From Laetmonice hystrix (Eukaryota), in contig OZ249437.1 of NCBI GenBank assembly GCA_965235115.1, forward strand, positions 43,896,001-43,960,000: a stretch of 64,000 nt of DNA. Reading direction: 5' to 3'. Of this stretch, positions 29,714 to 42,794 are shown one piece after another. Position numbers and translations under genes: made by a program. How positions within the stretch are numbered: position 1 is the stretch's first letter; every line of letters starts with the position of its first letter. The notes beneath the pieces were generated by a model, which saw only the letters and a program-made list of their open reading frames with translations, did not search any database and was not told the origin of the DNA.

Positions 29714-32331
29714 CATAAAGACTGCATGACGTACCGACAAAAATCCTTCTCATCGTTGTACGAGAACAGTCTCCCAAAAGCAGGCTGCCAACAGGCCCCT
29801 CAAGGCTGGCGACACTGCCAGCAGCTACTCAAGAAAAAATCTCTACATTATCATTTCATGTCACAATGACGAAAATTATATTAAAGTTTGGGTAACTGCA
29901 CAAAACCCGGAGGGAAGACTGGAGCTTAATAATGAGTTTTTATTTAGATTGGCCTACATGTTTCGGACCTGCCACGGTCCTTCATCAGGGCTCAAAAATA
30001 AATTAAAATGTCTCTGCAACTGTTTCTGTATGTTTCACACATCGCTGGTTGAGAGCAAGAATATTATATCTGCAATTTGGTTTAATGGAACATTTAATAG
30101 GTCTCAGGAATACGCATCTATGTGCAGCTATATTGTATCTACATGTACAAAACAGTAAGGTGGTATAATGTGTTGCCGAGTATTGTATCTCCAGAAAATG
30201 GAATTTGTTTTGAGAAATAATGCCAATTCTCGAAACATCAATATTGCTCTTACGATATTCTTGCTCTCAGCCAGTGACATGCAGTATTTGCTATACTGGA
30301 GCACTGGACAACAGGGGGACTAGCACCTATATCAGAAACAACAACCCCTGTTGGTCCACCGGCAACAGTAAATTGGTGGTTTCTCACCGTTAGCAACTAA
30401 GGCAACCTTCTGGGCGAAAGCAAGGTGGGACAAGCAAACGGCAGACAAGGTTCCTATTGTGCCCCTGGTCCCAACGGGTACCGCGGCCAACAGGTCTTGT
30501 TGCTTTGCCAGCAACACCATACGCAAGCACGTCCTCACCACGTACGCCCGTAGCACCCAAGATATCCCATCGACCTTCAATGCGGTCGTTTCACCTTTAA
30601 CAGTGCTGAATTTACACACCTATGAAAAAGTGACATTCAATTCAATTTAAATTCGGCTTCTGACTACGGTTGACCTTCTGAAGACTCTATTTAAACTAAT
30701 CTCTCCTTTACCCTAATGTAGTTATTCAAAAGTTAATGGGGCGCTCTGTATGAAAGCTTAATCGAACGTTATTTCTAGCCAGTTTGAATCTGCCCTTGTC
30801 CTGAGTGCTTCCAGACTGATAAAATAGACCGAACGTGCGTCTCTGCACTATTGCACGTCCATGTACACCTATACACATATAAAGAACCTTTGCCACTTGT
30901 AGAATTGGGTATGGCAGGGTTTGGCCTCCTATCGTGATCATAAATGATCAGTAAGATATCAGTATAATACAAGCAGAGAAAAGAAATATTACCAAAGGAA
31001 ACTATTATGACTTTCTAGCTTTGGAGCTTTGGAGGTACAAGATGGCTACCAAGCGGCCATTTTGAATGATATACAAAAATCTATTTGCTCATTGTGTGAA
31101 GTTTCATACAATTTGACCCACACATTTCTGAGAAATCGCTGTCTCCGGACGGGTGGTCGTACGGACCTAAGGACGTAAGGACGGGGGTAAATTAGAAGCC
31201 CCTGCCTCTTCGGGTTGGGGGCTAATGATCACTTTGAAAATGTCACCAGATGGAGGCAGGGTCTACGAAAGTAACCAATTATTTGCTCCCGATCGCCTTG
31301 GAGAGATAAGCGCTTCGTTAAAACCTGACACAGCGTTGGTAATGGCGGTTCCCGAGGGACCTTCTTCCGTTATGTATGTTTCCGTTTCGGTTCCGTTATG
31401 TATGTTTCAGTTTGCGTATAATGCTAAGTGAGATAAACGGCGGCTTGTATGGATCCCACCGGTGACGATAACACCGGCGCCAACCCTGGAGGGCCAAACA
31501 TCGCAGTGTCGTGTAAATTATTGATTGGAAATGGTATGTCCTTGCGGCTTGAGCTTATGTGTCTCGATAACAAAACGAACGACCGTCTAATCCTATTTTC
31601 TCTACGTATAATATCTTTAGGTGGGAAAGATGGTTGCTTATCTATCATTTCAATATTCAGCAGTAACTAAATGAGGCAGTTTCCTCGATGAAATTCCTGG
31701 CATGTAACACAGACCGTCCACAACACCGCCTTGACTACCTCAGCCAATACGGTGGCTGGATCATGTCGTTAGTCATTCGGAAATCCTCGGCCATATCTTC
31801 GAAAGTAGCCTCGGGTGAAATAGGTGCCATTTTGAGCATTGCATCGCGGGTACATTTAGCTGGGACTCTCGACAGCATGGCAGTGCTTGCAGTATTTTGT
31901 CTGCATCAGGCATGGAAGCAACTAAAATAGGCCTACAATGCTTTCCCCGAAGTCAGTGGGCAGTATTACAATAGTATCATCATGTCATGATACAACTTAA
32001 ATTACAACATGATTACAAGTAGTCCTACCATGTGTCGGGCCAGTGTCGTACATGGGCGCGGCCATATTGCTTCCCAGAATTTGATAAATTACCGTATTGA
32101 CGCCCATTTAGGTAAATTGGGTGATTCATTTTTCTTCTTCAAACGTTCCCCTTCATACCAGAAATTTATATTTGCACATACAACGCCGAAGGAGCAGGTG
32201 TCAATAATGCACTACTTCCTGGCTCGATGGGATATGACGGTTCACTCAGTGCCTCGCTACACACCTCCATTTGGCCGTGTATCTGGTTGCCAAACATGGC
32301 CGCTATTCCACCCGAGGGTATATTCGAATAG

Positions 32332-32510
32332 CAGGAAGTGACGTCATATGCCCGAGGGAGTCCCGAATGGTCGTTAGTACAAGTCATCAAGCTACCGAAC
32401 TGTCCGCTGGAGGGACGTCCCTTTTCGTAACGCTAGGGTGCCAGCATATGGGGTGCCAGTGATCCATGGGGGATCTTATATCCGCGTTCTTACCCGTGAC
32501 GTCACGGCAG
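32332..32510. promoter_or_regulatory. CpG-rich element with ETS-CRE composite and palindromic CRE
   Basis: CAGGAAGTGACGTCA at 32332-32346. CCGTGACGTCACGG near 32495. Confidence 0.35.
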
Positions 32511-32774
32511 TTCCCCGACTTGAGCCGTGTCGTTATAATTGCCAGGAGTGACGGTCCCCGCTGCCATCACGGCGGCTTAGGGCTTGGTAATCGCTCAGAA
32601 TAAATCTGACAGATTAGAACTACAATCTCGAATGCATCACCTTGTCCGGCGGGGGTGGGGGTGGGGGTGGGCGTTGGGGCTAATAGCAGCGTGCTAAATG
32701 TAACTGCACAGGAATTGTTTTCCACTCTTTTTATTGTCTGGAGAAATGGTTGACAACCCCCCATTCAGATTTAC

Positions 32775-35444
32775 CATGTAAATATCCTTTGGTCTCTATA
32801 ATATCAGTAGTACATGTAACTATATTTTTAACATTTTCCACCTCAGAAATGCGCGACTTTGGTTTGACCATTTTATTCCAGGAGAGAACAAACGGTAAGG
32901 TGTGAAATGGAACAACAGACCTGACATCCTTCTCTGAACATCGGACACAGAACAAACACAAAAAATATAGCAGATATCTCACCACAAATCACCTATTGAA
33001 ACAAACACTGAATCCCTTAATTACGCCAGGTAGGTCACAACGGACACTCTAGATTATATCAGAAATCTAGGTACTCATATACACGTGAATGTCTCCTGAT
33101 ACTCTCAACGACGGTATCATTTATCATGACGGTCCTGACCTACTGGTACAGGCCATCACGTACCGTTTGGATGGTCAGCTGTCTACCGTTTTGTACACGT
33201 CTAGCTTCTCTTCATAACGTCCTTGATGGTGAAATAGTTATTAATAGTACATGATCGGGACAATGCTTTGTTGTTCCTGCACCCCAGAATGCAAAGGATG
33301 ACGCAGAACATGTGGAATACTCAGTACAGCCACGTTTGTAAATTGCAACAGTACACATTAACGATACTCCGTTCACAGCCCCACAACAGGAAGGTTCCAG
33401 GCCCATAGATCTACACAGTCACTGAATACTCCTGCGTTCCGTATTGCTTTCTACCGTTGGCAACGCTTACAAAAAGACTGACTTCAATGACCCTGTTTTT
33501 ATTGATCTGCTCCCGATACTTCTAGTTCTACTGCCCCTTTTAATTATTTACCTCACAATATTATACGATTTACAGACTGTCGAAACTCTAACTTTTAAGC
33601 ATGGCTGTCCAAGTAATTCATTAATGTCATAATTTCAATCCACTTCATCCAACAGAGTAGAAAGAACACTCCTAAAATATGAAAACAGACAATTAATTCT
33701 CCCAATTCTCCTGTTTTTTCACCCCAACATAAACGCGTTTGCCAGCTGTTTTGATTTGAAGAGAGATTAGCTTAACTCACCTCCTGCTTCTGCTCGTCCA
33801 TGGGCAATGATGTCAACTTGTGGAGTGATCCACGCTGATCTGAATGCCTGCATGCAGTCTGACTGCCGGCTGGAGCACAGACTGAGTCGGCAAGGCGCCT
33901 GCTGCTGCCCGCACACCGCCAACTTGCGTGAGAGACCTGCACGTGCACGGGATGCGAGTTTCATCTCTCATGTACGGCCTACGGGTGTGTCTCTAACGAA
34001 TGTCTCCTCTTTCTCTACATCCAGTGTACCTGACTGCGTTATCAAAGGCTGGGCGTGCCACTTAGCTAAACGACCAGGACGTTGGCCCAGGGTGCAGGTT
34101 TCTCCCGTGGTCATCATCAACACCGGATTGAATACATGTATAGGAAAAAGAATTGCGGCCGTCTTGAAGATGAGCGGCAGTTGCCAGACTGGACGGAATA
34201 CCACCAACGCCGCACCACCTCTCCCAGCGCCACCCTAAAGTTATCCAGCCTACCTGCCCCTCCCCCTACTCCGGCCAGCTGATGTAGCGCCCCATCAGTC
34301 AATACCAACCCCACAATTGGTCAGCAAACAGTGACTAGTCAGACCGTGGACGAATCCATCCAAGGGGGTAGTCCAAGGTTATAAATGTCATGTCGCTTCT
34401 TAGATTAAATTTAGCTGTTCTGAAATGATGTATCTCTGGTCTACAGAACGATACCGTTTTCAGCTCTTGGCATGAAAACAATAATTCATGGAGAAGGCCT
34501 GCACGTACCTACGGACAGGGAATGAAAGATTTTGCTCAGGTACAAATTCAACCTCACCCATTATGACCATAGTGCTGTTTTGTTACAACTAAAGCACAGA
34601 GTACCCTGTTTCTGTGACTAAAGCACTGTACCATCCTTGACTTTAGTTAGGATTCGTGACTCATCTCTAATGATTAGGTTAGCAATCATCTCATGGTCAA
34701 GGTTAGCAATCATCTCATGATCTAGGTTAGCAATGATTTCATGGTCTAGGTCAGCAATGATTTCATGGTCTAGGTCAGCAATGATTTCATGGTCTAGGTC
34801 AGCAATCATTTCACGGTCTAGGTCAGCAATCATTTCACGGTCTAGGTTAGCAATCATCATGGTCTAGGCCAGCAATCATCTCATGGTCTAGGTTAGCAAT
34901 CATCTCATGGTCTAGGTCAGCAATCATTTCATGGTCTAGGTTAGCAATCATGGTCTAGGTCAGCAATTATCTCATGGTCTAGGTTAGCAATCATTTCATG
35001 GTCTATCACTTGCTGGTTACATGTGCAGATTTACTGCAAGGCACGCAAACACACTGACGCTCAATGACATGTACAGAAATACCTCCAGATCAGGAACATT
35101 TTGGGGACTCACTGACGGAGGTGTTTCCTCATGAAGGTTTTACTTTGCAGAGATTGGGTAGTTCAAAAGCAGCAATAAAGGAAGAAGAGGTCCAAGTTTA
35201 AATCTGCCTTGTCATGTAATAAAATACGTACACATGATCCCAGAATGAGAAATTCCATACCGTTAGGTTTACAACCTATATGTTGAAGATTTCAAAAAAT
35301 GCAAAAGCTAGAAATCTAAAAGGTGGTTCAACATCTCATTTACTGTTTTCTCCTTACCTTATTGTTAGCTGCATCTAGTGAAGTCTTTAACTGAGCTTTA
35401 GGGTTCTTGGTGTAGAGTTTGGGCGTGCTGTTCACCTCCATCAT
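32775..35444 (-). other. Candidate orphan multi-exon coding gene
   Basis: Open exons with consensus sites: 35444-35358 (MMEVNSTPKLYTKNPKAQLKTSLDAANNK|GTAAGG), 33936-33781 (...MDEQKQE|GTGAGT), 32933-32775 (phase 1-1). The first two join in phase 0. A linking exon to the third was not identified. No homology recognised. Confidence 0.22.
34675..35005. repeat. 24-bp minisatellite, about 14 copies
   Basis: Unit GGTCTAGGTYAGCAATCATYTCAT, with occasional 21-bp deletion variants. Confidence 0.95.
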
Positions 35445-37697
35445 TCAACACCTATCAGACATGGATGGAATAAAATACACACTCATCATCAGAGGTACCA
35501 GTACCTTTGAAAGCAATGGTACTGGTATCCCCTATGCAACCTGAACTTACACCAGCATAACCTTGAGGCACTCTTTATATCATCCTTTACCGGTATTTAG
35601 GTAACGACCAGAACTATTATCTACAGACGTTAGGCCATTCTCTTTCTTACCTAGTTACAGAAATCACCAATCTAGTCAAGATTATCTCAAACAGCGGCAT
35701 AATTACATTGTACTGGGTATTTGAAAGTTTAAAATTAATTAAGAGATTGGTTACATATTGTTTTGAATAGACTGATTTGAATAGACTCTCCGAGTCCCCC
35801 CAGACTGGAACAAAGTTATAATAATTAAAAAATATATCAAATAAATTATAGGTGCCTAGTATTTGCTCTGTTTTCATCGTTTCAAAGGTCATATTTTTGC
35901 AAAATTTTCTGATGCCTGCAACTCTAGGAACAGTGCAAAATTGAGATCATGTACCTCTCAGCTATTTGAGGGCAGGAGAAGCTATACAAACACAGTCCAA
36001 GCCAAAAACTCAGAGGAAATCAATTATGTATATTTCTGGCCGAGGAATACGAATAATGGCCAAAAGCAAGACCTACTAATCGCATCACAGGGTGACCCCA
36101 AACATTTCACGGTCACATCATTATTCATTTGGCTTTGTTTATACCCCTGGCTGGTCCAGGTCACCTAGCCAAAGCCACACAGCGCAGGCGCTTTCTCAAT
36201 AGTTGGTCGTCCACAAACTGAGCCGGATTATGTTATTTATAGGTTATACGTTTTTAGTCTTGGGATTAAGTTGTTCTTGAGATTTTGTTAATCTGCTGAA
36301 CCCGATTGCAAGGACGTTTTTTTCTTTGGAGTTAAGCAATTTTTGAGACTAACGTTCTTGTAATCAGTCAATATGTCGAAAAAAATCCTCAGAAAATTTG
36401 TTTTCCCGATTCAAATTGGAGGGCACACTGCAGGTAGCCTACTTGTTTAAATAATTTTGATTTTCCATTTGTTGGCAACACATACTGGTAGTCACATAGG
36501 GCTACTGGTACCGTTGTATCTGTCTGATATTATATATTGTATCCGTCTGACACTGCAAGTGTTTGTAGATCTATATATCTATGCAATTAAGAGAACATGC
36601 AGAGAGTGATATAAAATGGAACATTAAATGTTGGTACCAGGGCATACTTTTTTTTAAACTGTGAAAAATGTCAATCTAATTTTAAGTTGTAAAAATTGTA
36701 TGCTTGTGCAGGGCTCTCAAAAGTAGCCGGTCACCGACGGCAAAACGCCGTCTAAAACCAGTTTTGCCGCCGCCTACTTTTTGTTGAATGACAAAAAATC
36801 TTTTTAACAATGTTCTCAGTGTTCTAGGATCTGCACACGGCCTCAGCATGTACCCCAAAACAGCATGTCAGTGATGACCAATTGCCCCTCTCAGATGCCA
36901 GGAAATTGCATCAGGGGGCATTTTTTCAATTTCTTTTTCAGGGGGACCCCCCCAACACACACACACACGGGCTGTACCCTGTTACTTTCTCTTCTGTACC
37001 CTGCTACTCCTGCCAACTTTAGCCCTGCTTCAGTGCTTGTGAAAGTCTTAACAGCTGATCTACTGACCACTGGCACTGGCAGATCTAGACTTTTACTAAA
37101 GCTGGGGGGGGGGGGTACAGGAGTACAATATTATTATATTATTCACGATTGTTTGCATTACTAAAAAGCGAATAAGGCTTATATTATAAGTTATAATTAA
37201 AATTATGTCATAAGTTACAACCATTTCAACATTTGCTTTGTCATGTCCACTGATGATGTGATGTGTATAATCTAGTAGTAGTAGTCTATGACCTGCGATA
37301 TGATACTAACATAAACCCAGGCTATGTCACACATGCCCACATGATACCATGACTGTATGACTGAGGCACGACAAGTGACGGGCTTAGTTAGTCATCTCAG
37401 CCTCGGCCTCGGCTTTGCCTTTGCTTTGGGCTCGGGTTTGACTCTTTCTCGACACGAGTCGAGTTCTACCTACACGTCATCCCGACCAAAAACTGAGTCC
37501 GTAGTACTGTCGTGATAACATGATAACCTTGTCGACAGACAGCAACTGTTCATCCCTTGTACAATAAATCACGCGTAGCACAAGAAATTGGCCATGTAAA
37601 CAAACTTTCCAAACTTACACACCCTCTTCGCCTCCATGTTCAACGTCACGACACCCACGATATTACGCGAGAGTTGGCGACTAATGTTCTGATTAAA

Positions 37698-38374
37698 CCA
37701 CTAGATGGCAGCACCTGTGCCTCAAAGAAAATAATGTGTACTGACTGTCAACAACAGAGGGCGTAACGTGCTTGCAGGTCTGCCGTATTTGGGGGGGGGG
37801 GGGCATACATGTCATAGAACGTGTAACAACAGTTCTATGATACATGTATAACAAAAAACATGGAAAATTTATCCGTAACCTTATACTTGTTCTTTGATTA
37901 CAAAATAGATAAATTTGTAACTGCAAGATTGAGTAGGCCTACCCTACTATTATCTTTACAATAAATGCTATATTAGGCCTATAACTTTATTGTCGATGAC
38001 AGGATAGAAGTTTTTTGAAGTCATTTATTTTCAACCACAGACACCAAGTAGGCCTAGGGTAGATTCACCTCGAGCCTCGAGTCGCCCACCACCTTGAGTC
38101 GCCCAGGTGGATTTCTATCCCACATACGCTGAAATCAGTCACTCAGTCACTGGGTCCGTTCCACTAAGGCTAAGCCCGAAGGACGTCTTTGAAATGGTCG
38201 CTGAGCCCAAAGAGGTCTTTGCAGCGAGGGTGTTCCACTAACCTCCTATTCTTTAACATTGGCGCCGCAAAGACGTCTTTCCAAAGACGTCTTTGCTAAA
38301 GACGTCTTTCGTTAGTGAAACGGACCCCACCGTGATGTCAGGAAGTACAGCTCAATACCCCCAGAGGGCAGCAC
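37698..38374 (+). promoter_or_regulatory. Two CTCF-like motifs downstream of TRAIP
   Basis: CCACTAGATGGCAGCAC at 37698-37714 and CCCCCAGAGGGCAGCAC at 38358-38374, same orientation. Confidence 0.4.
38152..38327. mobile_element. PIF/Harbinger-like MITE
   Basis: TIRs GGGTCCGTTCCACTAA ... TTAGTGAAACGGACCC. Three adjacent AAAGACGTCTTT palindromes inside. No clean TSD. Confidence 0.6.
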
Positions 38375-39042
38375 CGAGTGGGTGACCCTTCCTGCCGACG
38401 TGAACCCAAATACATTATTGTGAACCAGCTGCTCTCTGTGCCCAGTCACAAATATATGTTTAAATGATTGTTAAAAATTTATACAACTGTTCAAAGGTGA
38501 CCTTCTTAAAGTCGTCATATTTTAATGAATTAATTATGTGATGACCATGTAGTTGAGGCATGGATTGTAAATGACGAAAAAAAGTACCGGTATTTTGCTG
38601 AGTTCCCCCCCCCCCAGCTAATCGTGACACGTAATTGTTATTTGTTAAACTAAAGCAAGTAGAAATGACAACACATTGTTAGTGCAGGATGTTTGTGCAA
38701 GAATAATTACTGTAAGTGAAAAGCTACTTTGTGTTTCTGTTAGTCTTAAGTCTAAATGATGTCAAAATATTGATGAGATGACCTATTGGCTGTACCCGGT
38801 AAGTGGTACAAAATCCTGTTAATGAGATGAATACATAGGTTTCCAGCACCAGTCTGGATACAAGAATACAGATGATCATATAGACTCCTAGCAATGTCAT
38901 GTGATTAATTACTCATTGAAAATAAACTCATTATACGCTCTGATCATTAATGCCAGAAGTGGCTGAGGTACAATTGTGAGGCTGGATCACCTGCACATGT
39001 GATCAAATGCCAATAAATTAAGGTTCTGCATAGTCATATTTA

Positions 39043-41926
39043 CTACATGAACGAGTCTAAAGTAGGAAGTGCAGGTGCTGGACCAAGGTTTCTTTTTTTT
39101 GTTATAGTGGGCTGTCTAACAGATTTCTTGCCAGCTTTAGGTAACAAAGGCCGCCCCTGAGGCTGCACGAAGCGTTCATGGCCACCCAAGCCGTTGTAGC
39201 CTTTTTTCAGCATTCCCGTTTCGCCTGGTCTTTTCTTAAATATGTTCATGTTTTGGGGGAGGCTATTAGTAACCTCCTGAACGGGTCGCGATGGCTGCCG
39301 TGTGTCTCCGCTGGTACCTGCTGCCGAGCTGATCTTGACGAACCGTGTCCCGTACTCATCACAAGCCCGCTGTGTCTTTGTCCTGGGGCTGGGACCACAG
39401 GAATCCACAGAATCGATGTCTGAGAAGAGATCGATTGATTGGTTGAGGTCAGGTTCGGAGAGTCGAGGTCGCTTGGTCAGCGGCATTGGAGCAGGGCTCT
39501 CATGGATAAGTCTGTGAGCAAAACTGGCTGCTGTATTATTAGGAGAACCAACGGCATTCTCGAGGGCCGACAACTTCTTCTTCAGGCTTGTTATTTCCTG
39601 CTCCACTCTCTTCAAGTCTTCCTCTGATTGGTTGAGTTGTTCCTTGGACGTGTCGAGTTGACTGGTTTTTACTCTGAGGTCACGTTTTGCTACCATCAGG
39701 TCTCTCTTCAATTTTTCAAGCTGTAATTGTAGAGCCTTACATTCGGCTCGTTTTGTCGAATGTTCCTTCTTGAGAACTGCGCACCATGTGGCAAGTTGCT
39801 TTGTGTTGCTGTTAGAGCTTATCATGTCCTGTATGTCACACTCCAGGCCTACAACCAAGTTTGTCAATTAAAAACCATTTTAAACATCCCAGCCAAAACT
39901 AAGTCAAGTAAACCTATATGATTACAGTGAAAAGACAGTAAAAAATATACAAGGGTGGAATTTCTCTTATGTAAATCACATACACCAATCATTACAGCAT
40001 AGCTATATAAATATCGGGGAATAAATCTTCTGAAGTGGTCTGAAGTGTAAATTAGAGGAGACATGCATTTTTACGAAGAGAACTGTTTATTCTGGTACAT
40101 ACAGTACTTTGTTTCTCACAGCAGGGTTGGGTTTGCTCACCTGAAACAACACTTTGGACAGATGTCAGTGTCTCCATCTGGTGCCGAACTTGTTTGGCAT
40201 CCTCGATTGCCAATGCCGCAGTTTGCAGCTGCTGCTGGTGTTGTGCCAACTCCTTCCGCAATGAGGAGCCAGTAGTCTTCTCCATCTTGTAAGCCCTCTC
40301 AATTTTTTGCTTGGCCTTGGCATAACAAGGACGATTTTATTTCAAATTTCAATCACTCATTAGAGGTTATAATGTTTTTGCACCTGTTTTGTCGGAAGTA
40401 AGAAAAAGTATAGCACATAATTCTGTAAACCCTGACATACTTCAACTATTAAAGCTTTCAGTTTTCAAAATCAAAAATATTACCATATTACAGAAACATA
40501 ATGGTAAGAAATGTTATTTTATGATGGATAATGTTCCAAAGAGGATGAAAATAATTCCAAGGTACTAACCTCATTGAGTTTATCAAGTTCTCCTTGTAAT
40601 GCAGCCTTCTCCGCCACCAGGTCGCCCTTCTCTTGATTCTTTTTCAGGATTTCCAACTTTAATGAATTGTTTTCATTGGTCAGTCGCACAGAATCAGATC
40701 CATTCTTTTGTGGTTCATCATCAGCCTACAATGGTTTGAAGATAAAGTGCTTAGCCCTAAGCAACACAACAGTAAATTTATCACAATTCTGGTAATGGAG
40801 AAACCTCTATTAAGCTTAAGACAGAATGGATTCCTAATGCAGTAGTTGCCAACATTTTGTTTTCCATGTCTGTAAGATAAAGACATACCGGGGTAAGTCA
40901 CATGAAGTGGTGATAAATTGATTATGATTTTACACCTCAACATTCCAATTAATTAAGACCTGATTATTTCTGGACGAGAAAGACTTACCGTGGTATAGAA
41001 TAATTTGTGAATGATGCCTTTCTGTGTGATGCGGTCACGACACTGTGGGCATGTCTTTGACTGCTCCAACCACTGTGACAGACACCTGACAATTGGTTGA
41101 AGAATTGTTTTATAAATGATTAATTAGATGACAAGGACTGACTGAGAACTGCATGATCTGATGCCAGATAGCAATCGATCTGTAGGATTTTACTGAACCA
41201 GCACTAGCGTTCTTTCAGCACTCAATCTGTGAAACATCCTGACCCCCACGATATGTGGCCCTCTGTTCACTTATAACAATGATATTCTGTTATCTAACAT
41301 GTTTAATAAAGCTGTTTGGTGAGGGGTCAGTTGTATTGTAGGCCCTGCTCAAAAACAGGGGCTATAAATTATAGTATAATATGGAGCAACTTATTACTGA
41401 AAACTACCAAAAGCCGGTTCCCAGCAAATTAAGTAAATAATTTGGACTAATTAGCGATGGGAAACAATGTGCTTGTGTTAAGGTAAGGTTATGCCCAGTG
41501 TGAGTGTTATTAGTCTCAATTAGACATTGATATCCAATAGAATTCCACTGCCTAACACACACATTTTGCCACAAACTACTGAAAACACTGGGTTAGGGGG
41601 TTTAACCTGACCAATATCCACCGTGTGTTTTCGGTAGTCTTGCTGCATTTTCGGTACGGTAACGTTATATTTTTCAGTAACCTGCTATATTGCCTAGAGT
41701 ATAGTAATAGTACGTTACATGAGCTACTGGAAAATTAGTGCGGCTCAAGGATAGCAGGTTTGACCTTCATCCGGAAACAACACTTGTCGGATTAGCATCA
41801 AGACAAGAGAAACGCAAACAAGAGGTGCACTCACGCATTGTGGAAGGTATGGCCACACTTTACTACAGCGGCCACATCAGCTTCCTCGCTGTATAAATCA
41901 CTGCAGATAGAACACTGCAAACCCAT
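39043..41926 (-). CDS. TRAIP: E3 ubiquitin-protein ligase TRAIP (RING, coiled coil, C-terminal PIP-like motif), 5 coding exons, about 441 aa
   Basis: Exons 41926-41835, 41085-40989, 40725-40570, 40315-40141 (AAG acceptor, boundary uncertain), 39848-39043. RING CSICSDLY..VKCGHTFHNACLSQWLEQSKTCPQCR, then IIHKLFY, QLATWCAVLKKE, HESPAP, KGYNGLGGHERFVQP, terminal TLDSFM; all collinear with vertebrate TRAIP. Candidate non-coding first exon ends at 43658. Confidence 0.93.
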
Positions 41927-42523
41927 CTGGCCACCAATAAAGGAAGCTAGTGTCTGAAACACAAAGTTATTTTTAGGCCTAGTCAGAAATACTAGTCTAC
42001 ATGACATCATCATGATCATGTATTCATGATTTCTAAAAATTTCTAATCATAATATTATGACTGTCAATGTGTAGTAGATCTCAGACAGAGTAAAAGTTAA
42101 AACCCTCACTCAAATCTACAACAAGAACGTTTTTACTTTTTTAGCCATGGCAAGCCCAGGACTGGGGTCGTCACTGGGCCGACTGGCTGAATGACCGAGT
42201 TGAAGTTCGACTCGCTGATAGTGATACATTGTGTACAAAGACGGGACCATAAACTTGGCCTCCATGGCATTAAGGCCTATATAACGGGAAAGTTGCAGAA
42301 TCCCGAATCATCATGAACTTTGCCTGAGTATCTTACCGTACCAGAGATCGTAGACTAATCTCTCTCTGCCGATACCGAACGTCAACAACAACTCAAACTT
42401 TGCGCAAATTCTGTGCGCAAGTGCAGAAGCGGTTTCCGGTTGGGGCAATGCCTCAGTGCTGCCGTCTGGTGTTATAGGTCGGAGAGGCGCCCGGGTAATC
42501 AAAGCCCTCTACTGACATTTTCG

Positions 42524-42794
42524 GGTGGGTGGGGGTATTTGGGGTTTTACGCCTTGCAACAGCCAGGGTCATATCCCGGCGGTGAAGATGATGCTGAAAG
42601 TCAGTTTTTCTTGGTGGAGGAAACCGGAGTACCCGGAGGAAACCACCGACCATCGGGAAGGAACTGACTGACGGCAAACCTTTCACACATATGCAGCCCA
42701 GGCCGGGGATCGAACCCGGATCGCAGCGGTGTGAGGCGATGGTCCTAGGCGTCATGAGCCAACACCTTAGACCATTCGGCCACCCGAGGCCCCC
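42524..42794 (-). mobile_element. tRNA-derived SINE with V/Meta-type conserved core and 12-bp TSD
   Basis: On -: A box TGGCCGAATGGT, B box GGTTCGATCCC, core GGTTTCCTCCGGGTACTCCGGTTTCCTCC, tail GATATGACCCTGGCTGTTGCAAGGCGTAAAACCCC. Flanked by identical CTGACATTTTCG at 42512-42523 and 42795-42806. Confidence 0.88.

Noticed and set aside
31200-31930. Protein-like fragments on - (e.g. ISPEATFEDMAEDF)
   Set aside because: Multiple stops and frameshifts with no recognisable family; may be a decayed element but cannot be supported.
34618-34860. ORF with MIADLDHE repeats
   Set aside because: In-frame read of the 24-bp minisatellite.
42700-42794. tRNA gene
   Set aside because: A and B boxes are present, but it is the head of a SINE with core, tail and TSD; no complete cloverleaf is evident.
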